A stretch of DNA of 64,000 nucleotides from a virus (lineage: Duplodnaviria > Caudoviricetes): positions 32,001-96,000 of the IMG/VR virus record IMGVR_UViG_3300032030_000026. The stretch is one strand, 5' to 3'. How positions within the stretch are numbered: position 1 is the stretch's first letter; every line of letters starts with the position of its first letter. The notes beneath the pieces are model-generated. The model was not told the DNA's origin and ran no database searches. It saw nothing but the letters and a program-made list of their open reading frames with translations. Shown one piece after another: positions 1 to 7,570 of the stretch. The translations under genes were made by a program, and so were the position numbers.

Positions 1-1
1 G

Positions 2-91
2 GTATATCTAGAAAGACAACCTAATGGAGATTGGAGAGACAGGACCGACAAGTTCTGGGTTCATAAAAATTCGGAGAACAATCCGGACTAA
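2..91 (+). CDS. 3' end of an upstream gene (partial); possibly NrdG-like radical SAM C-terminus
   Basis: Open frame VYLERQPNGDWRDRTDKFWVHKNSENNPD* runs from the window edge; product call is a weak resemblance only. Confidence 0.35.
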   Translation, partial: VYLERQPNGDWRDRTDKFWVHKNSENNPD

Positions 92-149
92 AATTCTTAA
101 ATATTAATCATAAGAAACTTATATATTTCCATACTAAATATCAAAAATC

Positions 150-1298
150 ATGCCAATCAAGAAAAGTGAAATCAAGACGGAGCTGGATCAGCTCAAATAT
201 GACTACATGAGAGCCTATCAACGGATGTGGGAGGCTCGGAAACGCGGGAAGGATCTTAAAGAATATGAAAAATGCCTGGCTGGAATCAAGGAGAAGATGG
301 ATAAGATCACCGGACTGGCTCCCGGACACCGCACCGTCCATGAACTAGATCGTAGTGAATATAAACAAGAGTTTGTGCCGGATAAAGATTATCTGGATTC
401 TATGCCGGATCTTCAAAATTCCCAATTCATCGGAACCCCCATCGATTTTGTAGGTATTGAAGGAATGAGGATTCCTTTGAAGATCAAGCAGAAAAAAGGA
501 GGAACCCAAGAGGTAGTCTGTGATGTCACCGGCACGGTCTCTTTAGATGCGGCCAAACGCGGTATCAATATGAGCCGCATCCTCCGTTCTCTACAGAAGA
601 CCACTAAAGGGGCCACTACTTTCGACATCAACGATCTGGAAAAAGTACTGAAAGCCTATCAGAAAGACTTAGATACTTTTGATGCTCACATCTTAGTGAA
701 CTTCCCATACCGCCTTTGGCAGCCTAGTCTGCGCAGCGTGGATGAAGACGGCGAGCCTAACGGAGGCTGGCAATATTATAATGTCACTTTTGACTGTAAC
801 TTGGATGTCGACGGAGAGTTCAAGAAGATTATCTGGTTTGATTATGTGTATTCTTCCGCCTGCCCCTGTTCTACGGAACTTTCCATGCATGCTCAGGAGA
901 CCCGCGGAGTATATGCCATCCCACATTCACAAAGAAGCGTAGCTCGTATAGGTATCGAGATGGGTAACACACTAGTCTGGATTGAAGACATCCTGGCTAT
1001 GTGCAAGAAAGCTATCCCTACCGAAACCCAAGTTTTTGTCAAGAGAGAGGACGAGCAGGCCTTTGCGGAGATGAATGGTGCTAATACTATTTTTGTAGAG
1101 GATGCCGTCAGGAAGCTGAGTGTCGTCTTGGAAGACAATGCGGCGGTGATGGATTATAAGATTATTTGTTCTCATTTTGAATCATTACATAAATCCAATG
1201 CTATCTCGGTTATTACTCGTGGTCGGAGAAGAGATGGGGGAATATCTATTTTCAATCATCATGCTCCACTTGGAGAATGGAGATCTTTAAAGGTGTAA
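150..1298 (+). CDS. folE2: GTP cyclohydrolase IB (FolE2/MptA family)
   Basis: Motifs RGINMSR, SACPCS, PHSQRS, VKREDE, FVEDAVR, ESLH. Confidence 0.92.
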   Translation: MPIKKSEIKTELDQLKYDYMRAYQRMWEARKRGKDLKEYEKCLAGIKEKMDKITGLAPGHRTVHELDRSEYKQEFVPDKDYLDSMPDLQNSQFIGTPIDFVGIEGMRIPLKIKQKKGGTQEVVCDVTGTVSLDAAKRGINMSRILRSLQKTTKGATTFDINDLEKVLKAYQKDLDTFDAHILVNFPYRLWQPSLRSVDEDGEPNGGWQYYNVTFDCNLDVDGEFKKIIWFDYVYSSACPCSTELSMHAQETRGVYAIPHSQRSVARIGIEMGNTLVWIEDILAMCKKAIPTETQVFVKREDEQAFAEMNGANTIFVEDAVRKLSVVLEDNAAVMDYKIICSHFESLHKSNAISVITRGRRRDGGISIFNHHAPLGEWRSLKV

Positions 1299-1326
1299 AA
1301 ATATAGGTCATTTATTTAGATCGTTA

Positions 1327-1354
1327 TAAAAGCCCTTCGGGGCTTTTATTTTTT
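1327..1354 (+). terminator. Intrinsic terminator
   Basis: TAAAAGCCC-TTCG-GGGCTTTTA followed by T run. Confidence 0.8.
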
Positions 1355-1371
1355 ATATAAAAACACGTAGA

Positions 1372-2472
1372 ATGAATACATGGGCATATAATTATTTCTA
1401 TAAAACCACATTAATTCCAACCGGACAATTTTATTATGGAATACACAGTACGAATAATATAAATGATGGATACCTGGGGTCCGGTGTTCGTTTGAGAAAA
1501 TTATTTGATCAATATAAGAAAAGTGATTTTTCTAAAGAGATTATAAAATATTTTAATAGTAGGAAGGAACTGTCGGATTATGAAAGAGAATATATAACAT
1601 TTGATATTCTAAATGATCCTTTATGTCTTAATGTATCGTTAGGTGGAGATTTACATGATAATATTGGTGTTACTAAAGGACTAGTAACTGTTAAAGATAA
1701 AGATGGGAATATATTTGATACTTCAATAAATGATCCGCGATATTTATCCGGAGAATTAATTCCACCAACTAGAGGAACAGTCTCAGTCCGTGATAAATCC
1801 GGTAAAGTCATCAAAGTGCCTGTAAACGATCCGCGGTATTTATCCGGAGAACTAGTAATAATAACTAAAGGAAATAAGGGTATGACCGGACGAACTATGG
1901 TTAAAAAAGATGGAATTCAAAAAAGCATATTATTATCCGAACTTGAAGATTATATAAAAAATGGGTGGGTTCGTGGTAATCTTGATAAAGGCCGAACAAG
2001 TCCCACTAAAGGAAGAATATGGATCTATAAAGATGACAGGCAATTGTGTGTATTATCATCGGAACTTGAAAAATATATAAATGAAGGGTGGACAAAAGGA
2101 AGAATTTGCAAATCCATAAAAGATAGAGTTTCGATAACAAAAGATAATAAAAATAAATATGTTGAAATATATGAACTCGGAAAATATTTACAAGAGGGTT
2201 GGCGATTGGGGGCAACATCTAGAAATAAAGGAAAAGTAACTGTTACTGAGGATGGAATTAATTGGTTTGATGTTGAGAATGATGATGAAAGATTTAAATC
2301 TGGTAAATTAAAGTGTCTTTTTCAAATAAAAAATGTTACTAAAGGCTTGAAGTACATTCATAAGGATGGAAAAATAAAAAGAGTTCGTCCGGAATATGTT
2401 GATAAATTTTTACAAGATGGGTGGATTTTAGGTATGGGGTCTAAATCAAAAAAAGAAAAACAAAATAATTAA
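1372..2472 (+). CDS. Free-standing GIY-YIG homing endonuclease (Seg-like) with repeated C-terminal DNA-binding modules
   Basis: N-terminal YFYKTT..PTGQFYYGIH....DGYLGSG; two NDPRYLSGEL repeats; four ELxxYxxxGWxxG-type repeats; lies next to the tRNA array. Confidence 0.8.
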   Translation: MNTWAYNYFYKTTLIPTGQFYYGIHSTNNINDGYLGSGVRLRKLFDQYKKSDFSKEIIKYFNSRKELSDYEREYITFDILNDPLCLNVSLGGDLHDNIGVTKGLVTVKDKDGNIFDTSINDPRYLSGELIPPTRGTVSVRDKSGKVIKVPVNDPRYLSGELVIITKGNKGMTGRTMVKKDGIQKSILLSELEDYIKNGWVRGNLDKGRTSPTKGRIWIYKDDRQLCVLSSELEKYINEGWTKGRICKSIKDRVSITKDNKNKYVEIYELGKYLQEGWRLGATSRNKGKVTVTEDGINWFDVENDDERFKSGKLKCLFQIKNVTKGLKYIHKDGKIKRVRPEYVDKFLQDGWILGMGSKSKKEKQNN

Positions 2473-2708
2473 AGTTAATTTTTTAACGAATCTTGGTATT
2501 ATATAAATTGAAAACATCAAAATAAATGCAACCGAAACTCGGACATATAATGGAATCAGTGAAATGGCAACAGAAAAGCTCTTTAAGAGCCCGCCTGAGT
2601 GTGCCATGTCAAAATTTGGAAGACAATTATGTTTTCTTTATTGGCAAATCCGCTGAAAATTCCCGATGAAGGTCCGGGGAGGGAAAACAAGATATACAAA
2701 ATATAACG

Positions 2709-2744
2709 ATAAGGCCTTCATTTAGAGGGCCTTATTTTTTTTTT
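2709..2744 (+). terminator. Intrinsic terminator
   Basis: ATAAGGCCTTC-ATTTA-GAGGGCCTTAT followed by long T run. Confidence 0.8.
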
Positions 2745-2765
2745 GACAAAAAAGTGAGAAAATAC

Positions 2766-2797
2766 CTTAAGATCGTATAAGGTGCGATTATATAAAA
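2766..2797 (+). promoter_or_regulatory. Phage promoter motif driving tRNA operon 1
   Basis: CTTAA-N14-CGATTATATAA, matching the motif repeated at 7 other sites. Confidence 0.7.
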
Positions 2798-2817
2798 AAG
2801 CAAGATTGAGAAATCAG

Positions 2818-2849
2818 AGTTCATTGACATATTGGAGAAGATCATAGAT
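2818..2849 (+). promoter_or_regulatory. rrn-type boxA-like antitermination leader
   Basis: AGTTCATTGACATATTGGAGAAGATCATAGAT, near-identical to 6211-6241. Confidence 0.55.
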
Positions 2850-2860
2850 ATAGTAAGATC

Positions 2861-2954
2861 AATAAAAGCCCCCGGAAGGACCTGCGAGTTCTTTTGCGAG
2901 CATAATAAAAGCCCCCGGAAGGACCTGCGAGTTCTTTTGCGAGCATAATAAAAG
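2861..2954 (+). repeat. 43-bp perfect tandem duplication in the tRNA leader
   Basis: AATAAAAGCCCCCGGAAGGACCTGCGAGTTCTTTTGCGAGCAT twice, plus 8 nt of a third copy. Confidence 0.95.
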
Positions 2955-2995
2955 ATCATAGAAGAATCGGAGTGAAAAGGTGAATACTCCGAGAT

Positions 2996-3070
2996 AGGGA
3001 GATCCTCTAATCGGTTTTAGGAGACCGGTCTGATACACCGGCAATCCGAGTTCGAGTCTCGGCCTCCCTA
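2996..3070 (+). tRNA. tRNA-Ile(GAT)
   Basis: CCGGT-CTGATAC-ACCGG anticodon arm; acceptor AGGGAG/CTCCCT. Confidence 0.85.
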
Positions 3071-3076
3071 CTATAT

Positions 3077-3280
3077 GACCGGACATTTGGGGTACTATAT
3101 GAAAGTGTCATTATGGCCGGGGAAATCCTCGGCGAGAGGGTGGAAAGGATGAAAAGAGTGTCGAAGTTGCAAATTCGATGACTGCTGAGTAGTAACCGTG
3201 AGAAGAGTCTGATCAACCTCCAAAGAGTCGGCCGCCTGTTGGCATGAGTAGTATACCGGGTTCGATTCCCGGCGCGGTTC
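3077..3280 (+). ncRNA. tRNA-scaffold RNA with ~150-nt expansion replacing the anticodon arm
   Basis: GACCG/CGGTT acceptor-like ends; T arm CCGGG-TTCGATT-CCCGG; GTACTA/TAGTAT closing helix; internal GGCCG/CGGCC. Confidence 0.6.
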
Positions 3281-3314
3281 CCTATAGGTTGACATCGAAG
3301 TACAAGGTGCAAGC

Positions 3315-3360
3315 AATGAGGTGTAATGGGGAGAGCCTCACGTTAAACAAAAACCCTCCC
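3315..3360 (+). ncRNA. H-type pseudoknot module (CACGTTAAA class), copy 1
   Basis: TGAGG/CCTCA stem; loop GGGAG pairs with CTCCC; same layout at 9660-9698. Confidence 0.45.
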
Positions 3361-3366
3361 GGCTAT

Positions 3367-3441
3367 GGGCCCGTAGTTCAGCCTGGTAGAACGCCTGCCC
3401 TGCAAGCAGGATGTCATGGGTTCAAATCCCATCGTGGTCCA
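3367..3441 (+). tRNA. tRNA-Ala(TGC)
   Basis: CCTGC-CCTGCAA-GCAGG; G3:U70; atypical C33 and a bulged T in the acceptor. Confidence 0.85.
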
Positions 3442-3479
3442 CTGAGGTCCCTCGAGGACTTAACTAAAACTGTTTTAGT

Positions 3480-3595
3480 TGCTTGGTAGCTTAAATAGAA
3501 GCAATTATACCTGATCGGCTGACGAGCCGATAGAGTGGAACTTGTAGAGCTCCGTTAGTGAACGGAAGGTGCGAGTGCGAGTCTCGTCCAAGCCC
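3480..3595 (+). ncRNA. tRNA-like RNA with expanded multi-hairpin anticodon region
   Basis: GCTTGG/CCAAGC acceptor; D-arm TAGCTT..AAGC; T arm GCGAG-TGCGAGT-CTCGT; insert with ATCGGCT/AGCCGAT and TCCGT-TAGTGA-ACGGA. Confidence 0.6.
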
Positions 3596-3599
3596 TAAT

Positions 3600-3673
3600 G
3601 GGTGTATAGTTGAACTGGTTTACAATGCCGGCCTGTCACGCCGGTGGTCCGGGTTCGAGTCCCGGTACACCCG
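3600..3673 (+). tRNA. tRNA-Asp(GTC)
   Basis: CCGGC-CTGTCAC-GCCGG; G73. Confidence 0.93.
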
Positions 3674-3679
3674 CACATC

Positions 3680-3752
3680 GCCGATATAGCTCAGCAGGGA
3701 GAGCATCCGATTCGTATTCGGTGGGTCGAGGGTTCAATTCCTTCTATCGGCT
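3680..3752 (+). tRNA. tRNA-Thr(CGT)
   Basis: CCGA-TTCGTAT-TCGG; GCCGATA/TATCGGC. Confidence 0.9.
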
Positions 3753-3856
3753 CTATAAGGTGTAAATCAATCTCTTTACCCGCACCTGAAGACGCATATC
3801 TTCTCTGGTATAAAGAAGGGGGCAGAGGTCACGGCATCGGAAAGCGGTGCCAATTT

Positions 3857-3930
3857 GGAAAGGTAGCTCAGTTGGTTAGAGTGCCGGAACGTTAAATCCG
3901 GGGACGTGGGTTCGAATCCCGCTCGATCCG
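3857..3930 (+). ncRNA. Atypical tRNA with 8-nt anticodon loop and mismatched acceptor
   Basis: Canonical D and T arms; CCGGA-ACGTTAAA-TCCGG; acceptor GGAAAGG/TCGATCC. Confidence 0.65.
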
Positions 3931-3944
3931 CTAAAAATAAACAC

Positions 3945-4018
3945 TGCGGAATAGGGAAGAGGTCCATCCCGCAAGGCTCATAACCTTGAAATCGCAGGTT
4001 CGAATCCTGCTTCCGCTA
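3945..4018 (+). tRNA. tRNA-Met(CAT), initiator-like
   Basis: CAAGG-CTCATAA-CCTTG; U1xU72 mismatch. Confidence 0.85.
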
Positions 4019-4026
4019 CTAATTAT

Positions 4027-4099
4027 TGGGGATTAGCTCAGTCGGTAGAGCGGTGCACTGTTAATGCAATGGTCGTGAGTTCGAGTCTCACATCCCCAG
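4027..4099 (+). tRNA. tRNA-Asn(GTT)
   Basis: TGCA-CTGTTAA-TGCA; U1-A72, G73. Confidence 0.93.
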
Positions 4100-4179
4100 C
4101 AGCGGCGTGGTCTGAACCGTGACCCGTTCAAAAAGAAAAAATAAAAATTGCGGTGGCGCTCTGGAGAGACAGGGAATTT

Positions 4180-4256
4180 TGGGCTATAGCTCAACGGTAG
4201 AGCACCCGTTTAGACATTAGTGAACGGAAGACGGTGGTTCAATTCCACGAGTCCAA
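4180..4256 (+). ncRNA. tRNA-like RNA with enlarged (~12-nt) anticodon loop
   Basis: D arm TAGCTCAACGGTAGAGC; CCGTT-TAGACATTAGTG-AACGG; T loop TTCAATT. Confidence 0.65.
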
Positions 4257-4314
4257 CAGGTCTTGGAGATTGTAGGTTTCCCGCCAAGCGATCTAAAGTG
4301 AGGAACCTTCTAAT

Positions 4315-4399
4315 GGGAGTGCTGCTCAGATGGTGGATGGGCAACGGTCTGTAAAACCGTCACAGAGAAACACAGGAGGTTCGAATCCTCCCACTCCCA
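4315..4399 (+). tRNA. tRNA-Tyr(GTA)
   Basis: ACGGT-CTGTAAA-ACCGT; long variable region. Confidence 0.9.
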
Positions 4400-4408
4400 C
4401 AATATTTT

Positions 4409-4481
4409 GGAGGAGTAGCTCAGCAGGTAGAGCGAAGGACTGAAGATCCTTGCGTCGGGGGTTCGATTCCCTCCTCCTCCA
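4409..4481 (+). tRNA. tRNA-Phe(GAA)
   Basis: AAGGA-CTGAAGA-TCCTT. Confidence 0.93.
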
Positions 4482-4561
4482 CAGCCGGTAAGTTTTGACA
4501 CAGCTTACTTTTCAAAAAACCGTGGCGTTCGTGAGCCTTTGTGGTGAAAAGCTCTCAATAT

Positions 4562-4633
4562 AGGTCTGTAGTGTAATTGGTAGCACACGTGACTCCAAAT
4601 CTCGGAGTATGGGTTCAAGTCCTGTCGGGCCTG
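4562..4633 (+). tRNA. tRNA-Trp(CCA)
   Basis: Loop CTCCAAA; A1-U72, G73. Confidence 0.9.
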
Positions 4634-4642
4634 CAAAATTAT

Positions 4643-4748
4643 TACGATATGGTGTAATGGTAGCACACTCCTGTAGTGGGACCGGTGACGGCCGGATAAG
4701 AGTCATTCAGATGGCTAAGTAGTATTGGTTCGAATCCTTTTATCGTAT
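4643..4748 (+). ncRNA. tRNA-like RNA with three hairpins in place of anticodon/variable arms
   Basis: TACGATA/TATCGTA acceptor; D arm GGTGTAATGGTAGCAC; GGTTCGAATCC; inner hairpins TCC..GGA, CCGG..CCGG, AGTCAT..ATGGCT. Confidence 0.65.
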
Positions 4749-4754
4749 CAAAAT

Positions 4755-4827
4755 GGCGCGTTCGTCTAGTTGGTTAGGACGCCAGGTTTTCAACCTGGAA
4801 ACCTTGGATCATACCCGGGAGGCGCTA
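4755..4827 (+). tRNA. tRNA-Glu(TTC), atypical T loop
   Basis: CCAGG-TTTTCAA-CCTGG; T loop ATCATAC. Confidence 0.8.
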
Positions 4828-4833
4828 CTAAAT

Positions 4834-4906
4834 GGCCCTGTCTGCTAACAGGTCAGGCAACCGGATTCTCAATCCGGAAATCAGAGTTCGAGTCTCTGTG
4901 GGGCTA
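4834..4906 (+). tRNA. tRNA-Glu(CTC)
   Basis: CCGGA-TTCTCAA-TCCGG. Confidence 0.88.
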
Positions 4907-4917
4907 CTAGATATCTT

Positions 4918-4993
4918 GCCCCGGTAGTTCAATGGATTAGAACAAATGACTACGGATCATCAGATGGGGGTTCGAATCCTCTCTGGGGTACCA
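4918..4993 (+). tRNA. tRNA-Arg(ACG)
   Basis: ATGA-CTACGGA-TCAT; encoded CCA. Confidence 0.92.
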
Positions 4994-5012
4994 TTATGAC
5001 TATTATGACTAT

Positions 5013-5084
5013 TGGGATGTAGTGTAATGGCTACCACAGCTGACTCTGGATCAGCTAATCTGAGTTCGAATCTCGGCATCCCAA
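5013..5084 (+). tRNA. tRNA-Gln(CTG)
   Basis: GCTGA-CTCTGGA-TCAGC. Confidence 0.92.
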
Positions 5085-5090
5085 CACGAA

Positions 5091-5236
5091 AGCCTTGTGA
5101 AATGCGCGCGAGTAGCAAGGATCGTACCAGTCTTGGATAGGCGATGCGAAAGCATCGGATAACAATGATCCGACACCGGATCGTAAGTGCCGGTGGGAGT
5201 TTTCCGGTATAGTTCTCCGGTAATATAAACTATACC
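5091..5236 (+). ncRNA. Structured multi-hairpin spacer RNA
   Basis: CCTTG/CAAGG, CGATGC-GAAA-GCATCG, CACCGG/CCGGTG, GGTATAGTT/AACTATACC. Confidence 0.4.
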
Positions 5237-5242
5237 ATCCAT

Positions 5243-5316
5243 GCCCCGGTAGCCCAACTGGCAGAGGCACATGTTTCAGGTACATGACAGTGACGGTTCG
5301 AATCCGTCTTGGGGCA
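5243..5316 (+). tRNA. tRNA-Leu(CAG), short variable arm
   Basis: CATGT-TTCAGGT-ACATG; variable loop ACAGT. Confidence 0.88.
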
Positions 5317-5327
5317 CTAAAAATAAT

Positions 5328-5401
5328 GCGGTAGTAGCTCAATTGGTAGAGCGTCTGCTTGCCATGCAGAAGGCTTGCGGGTCCGAGTCCCGTCTACCGC
5401 T
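5328..5401 (+). tRNA. tRNA-Gly(GCC)
   Basis: TCTGC-TTGCCAT-GCAGA; U73; T loop TCCGAGT. Confidence 0.88.
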
Positions 5402-5405
5402 CTAT

Positions 5406-5479
5406 GCGATAGTAGCTCAGTTTGGCAGAGCGTCTGCCTTCCAAGCAGAAGGTCGTGGGTCCAAGTCCCATCTATCGCT
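5406..5479 (+). tRNA. tRNA-Gly(TCC)
   Basis: TCTGC-CTTCCAA-GCAGA; U73; T loop TCCAAGT. Confidence 0.88.
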
Positions 5480-5498
5480 CATATTATCAAGTAGTTAT

Positions 5499-5576
5499 AG
5501 GGTAGTAGTTCAGTTGGTAGAACGCCTGGTTTGGGTCCAGGAGGTTTTTTCGCAGGTTCGAGCCCTGTCTACCCTA
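5499..5576 (+). tRNA. tRNA-Pro(TGG)
   Basis: CCTGG-TTTGGGT-CCAGG; T-rich enlarged variable loop. Confidence 0.88.
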
Positions 5577-5602
5577 CTGATTATCAATTACTTACAAGAA
5601 AT

Positions 5603-5685
5603 GGAGAGTAAATTCTACGGGGTAGGAGCCAACCTGCTAAGTTGTGCGAGTGTAACAGCTTGTGGATCGAGACCACTGCTCTCCG
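5603..5685 (+). tRNA. tRNA-Ser(GCT), 8/4 fold
   Basis: 8-bp acceptor GGAGAGTA/TGCTCTCC; 4-bp T stem GTGG/CCAC; loop CTGCTAA; G73. Confidence 0.82.
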
Positions 5686-5694
5686 CTTATCGAA

Positions 5695-5908
5695 ATATAC
5701 AGTAAACGGGATAAACACGGGCAGCAGTGTGTTCCTTCGCCAACCATGGGAGGTGGGTAAATAACACCCTGTATATGACCAGCTGTGATAAATTAAAAAG
5801 GGGTTATATTAAAGCTTCCAAACCAGAACCCCTGAGCCCTTAACTGTGTGAGACGTCACCGGGGCGACAGTCCATTGGGTAATTCCATAGGAGCGCTGTT
5901 AGGGAAGC
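5695..5908 (+). ncRNA. Structured spacer (two closed domains)
   Basis: ATATACAG/CTGTATAT closes 5695-5775; GCTTCC/GGAAGC closes 5814-5908; no ORF. Confidence 0.4.
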
Positions 5909-5914
5909 AATTAT

Positions 5915-5986
5915 TGAGCTGTGGTATAATTGGTAACACGTTGGGTTTTGATCCCAAAGTTCTGGATTCGAGTTCCGGCAGCTCAA
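5915..5986 (+). tRNA. tRNA-Gln(TTG)
   Basis: TTGGG-TTTTGAT-CCCAA. Confidence 0.88.
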
Positions 5987-5990
5987 CGAA

Positions 5991-6068
5991 GATGCATTAG
6001 TTCAGGTTCGAGTCCTGACTTTGGCAAGTGTTTGCTGAGGTGCGAGCAATAGGTAGACAGAATGCATC
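5991..6068 (+). ncRNA. Circularly permuted tRNA mimic (YrlA-like order: stem, T arm, closed acceptor, D region, stem)
   Basis: GATGCATT/AATGCATC terminal stem; TCAGG-TTCGAGT-CCTGA; CTTTGGCAA/TTGCTGAGG closed acceptor. Confidence 0.6.
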
Positions 6069-6071
6069 CAT

Positions 6072-6144
6072 GACGGAGTGTCCGAATTGGTTTAGGTGAC
6101 TGGCCGCAACCCAGTCTATGCAGGTTCGAGTCCTGTCTCCGTCT
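6072..6144 (+). tRNA. tRNA-Cys(GCA)
   Basis: ACTGG-CCGCAAC-CCAGT; U73; atypical C33. Confidence 0.88.
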
Positions 6145-6167
6145 CTTGAAAAAAATGATTTTCTTTC

Positions 6168-6198
6168 CTTAAGATTCTCTGAAATCGTTTATATAATA
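6168..6198 (+). promoter_or_regulatory. Phage promoter motif driving tRNA operon 2
   Basis: CTTAA-N13-CGTTTATATAATA. Confidence 0.75.
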
Positions 6199-6210
6199 TC
6201 ACAAGAGAGA

Positions 6211-6241
6211 AGTTCTTTGACATATTGGAAAGATCATAGAT
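6211..6241 (+). promoter_or_regulatory. rrn-type boxA-like antitermination leader
   Basis: AGTTCTTTGACATATTGGAAAGATCATAGAT just downstream of the promoter. Confidence 0.6.
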
Positions 6242-6249
6242 AAGAAAGT

Positions 6250-6359
6250 TACGGGTTGAAATGCCGGTTCGAGCCCGGCCCTGTCCGCCATTAAGAAAGG
6301 CCTTCGGAAAATCATTCGGAGGGTGCGGGTGGGTTGACAAAGGGATAGTCTGGCCCGTA
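6250..6359 (+). ncRNA. Circularly permuted tRNA mimic with extended closed acceptor arm (YrlA-like)
   Basis: TACGGGT/GCCCGTA terminal stem; GCCGG-TTCGAGC-CCGGC; CCTGTCCGC/GCGGGTGGG; D arm GAC-AAAGGGATA-GTC. Confidence 0.65.
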
Positions 6360-6363
6360 TTTT

Positions 6364-6437
6364 GCCCTGATAGCCCAACTGGCAGAGGCCTGCGGCTTAG
6401 AACCGCAACAGTGCGAGTTCGAATCTCGCTCGGGGCA
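6364..6437 (+). tRNA. tRNA-Leu(TAG), short variable arm
   Basis: TGCGG-CTTAGAA-CCGCA; variable loop ACAGT. Confidence 0.88.
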
Positions 6438-6459
6438 CAAAGATCAGCAGACTGAATCA

Positions 6460-7115
6460 AGAAAAGCATAGAACAACAAAACAAAGAACAGAACGGCTGC
6501 CTCTTTACAAGTTTTCTTGAGCTGAAGGCCGTTTTAGCTGCTGATCCGGATGAGGTGAAATGATATATCCTCGCAAAGCACGGACAGGATCTCGTGAAGG
6601 TCTCAATCTTATTGGAACTAGTAGATTCCGGCTTTGAAAAGGCCACAATAGTGGTAACACCGTATGGTATTATAATACACTAGTTCTGTGTAATCTGCTC
6701 GAAACACTTATATAGAAGGAGAGAGCTGGAATCTTGGGTGCCAAACATAGACGAAAGACCGAGTGATGCAAGATGGAGCCGAAGCGATAAATTATATAAA
6801 GAGGCTATCCGGTAAAGAACAATACTTGTCCCTGACAATAATATAGTCAAACAAAGATTTGATGTGCCTCAAAAAATGTCTCCGTGTTATTTGCACAGGT
6901 ACTTCTAAAAACCTCGGTTTTTGGATGATTAAATTTCACATTTTGAGAGAGTGTTATAAAAAAGGGAAAGCCGTGACGGATGGATATTCGATAGGTGTTT
7001 ATAAACACTGAAAGGAAGTATTGTCGCTTCGCCATCCACGGATGTAGCATCATGTCAGAACAAGTAAGTCTGGTGAGGTCCCTTATCCTTGCATGGCTGA
7101 AAGTTCATGTTCTTT
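6460..7115 (+). ncRNA. Large ornate ncRNA candidate (~655 nt; ROOL/GOLLD size class)
   Basis: No plausible ORF; ends pair (AAGAA..CATAGAAC / GTTCATGTTCTT); long-range helices GAAGCGATAA/TTGTCGCTTC, CAATACTT/AAGTATTG, TGATGC/GCATCA; local AACGGC/GCCGTT; flanked by tRNAs. Confidence 0.6.
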
Positions 7116-7122
7116 ATTTGAT

Positions 7123-7196
7123 ATCCCGGTAGCCCAACCGGCAGAGGCACAGCGTTGAGGGCGCTGACAGTGGCAGTTCGAATCTGCCTCGGGATA
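7123..7196 (+). tRNA. tRNA-Leu(GAG), short variable arm
   Basis: CAGCG-TTGAGGG-CGCTG. Confidence 0.88.
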
Positions 7197-7276
7197 CTAA
7201 AAAAACCCATAGATATTACTTCTTTAGACTAACGTGTTAAAAAGCGGAACTGGTAAGAAAGTGAGAATGGGTATAA

Positions 7277-7490
7277 AAAGTCAAGAACATTCCACCAAGT
7301 AGCGTTCGGGGTAAGTGTCAGGCAAATGTCGACTTCTTCCTGGTGCGGTGTCTCGGAGCCAAAGAGCTGCCGTCAGCCCGATGAACGGTGTTGGTTATCG
7401 TGAGGTGCCATAAGGTGCAACGCAACAGTGCGGTTTGCGAAGAGCATATAACCAACGCACAGTCCGTAGCTCGTAAATTTTCTTGGCTTT
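7277..7490 (+). ncRNA. Structured ~215-nt ncRNA candidate
   Basis: Closing stem AAAGTCAAGAA/TTCTTGGCTTT; internal GTGTTGGTTAT/ATAACCAACGC. Confidence 0.5.
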
Positions 7491-7494
7491 CTAT

Positions 7495-7570
7495 GGGGAA
7501 GTAGCTTAGCGGTCCAGAGCGACAATGGGTGTGACGCCCGGAGACATTGGTTCAAATCCAGTCTTCCCTG
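7495..7570 (+). ncRNA. tRNA-like RNA with non-canonical mini anticodon arm
   Basis: GGGGAAG/CTTCCCT acceptor; D arm; GGTTCAAATCC; GGGT-GTGAC-GCCC hairpin. Confidence 0.65.

Noticed and set aside
2526-2669. Short ORF (~47 aa) between the endonuclease and the terminator
   Set aside because: Two competing short frames and no recognisable motif; cannot be supported
2861-2954. CRISPR array
   Set aside because: Repeats are directly adjacent with no spacers; only two copies
6460-7115. RNase P RNA or group I intron
   Set aside because: No GAGGAAAGTCC / ACAGAAnnCGGC P4 pair; ATATAGTC sits in a local hairpin with no matching R element and no exon is interrupted
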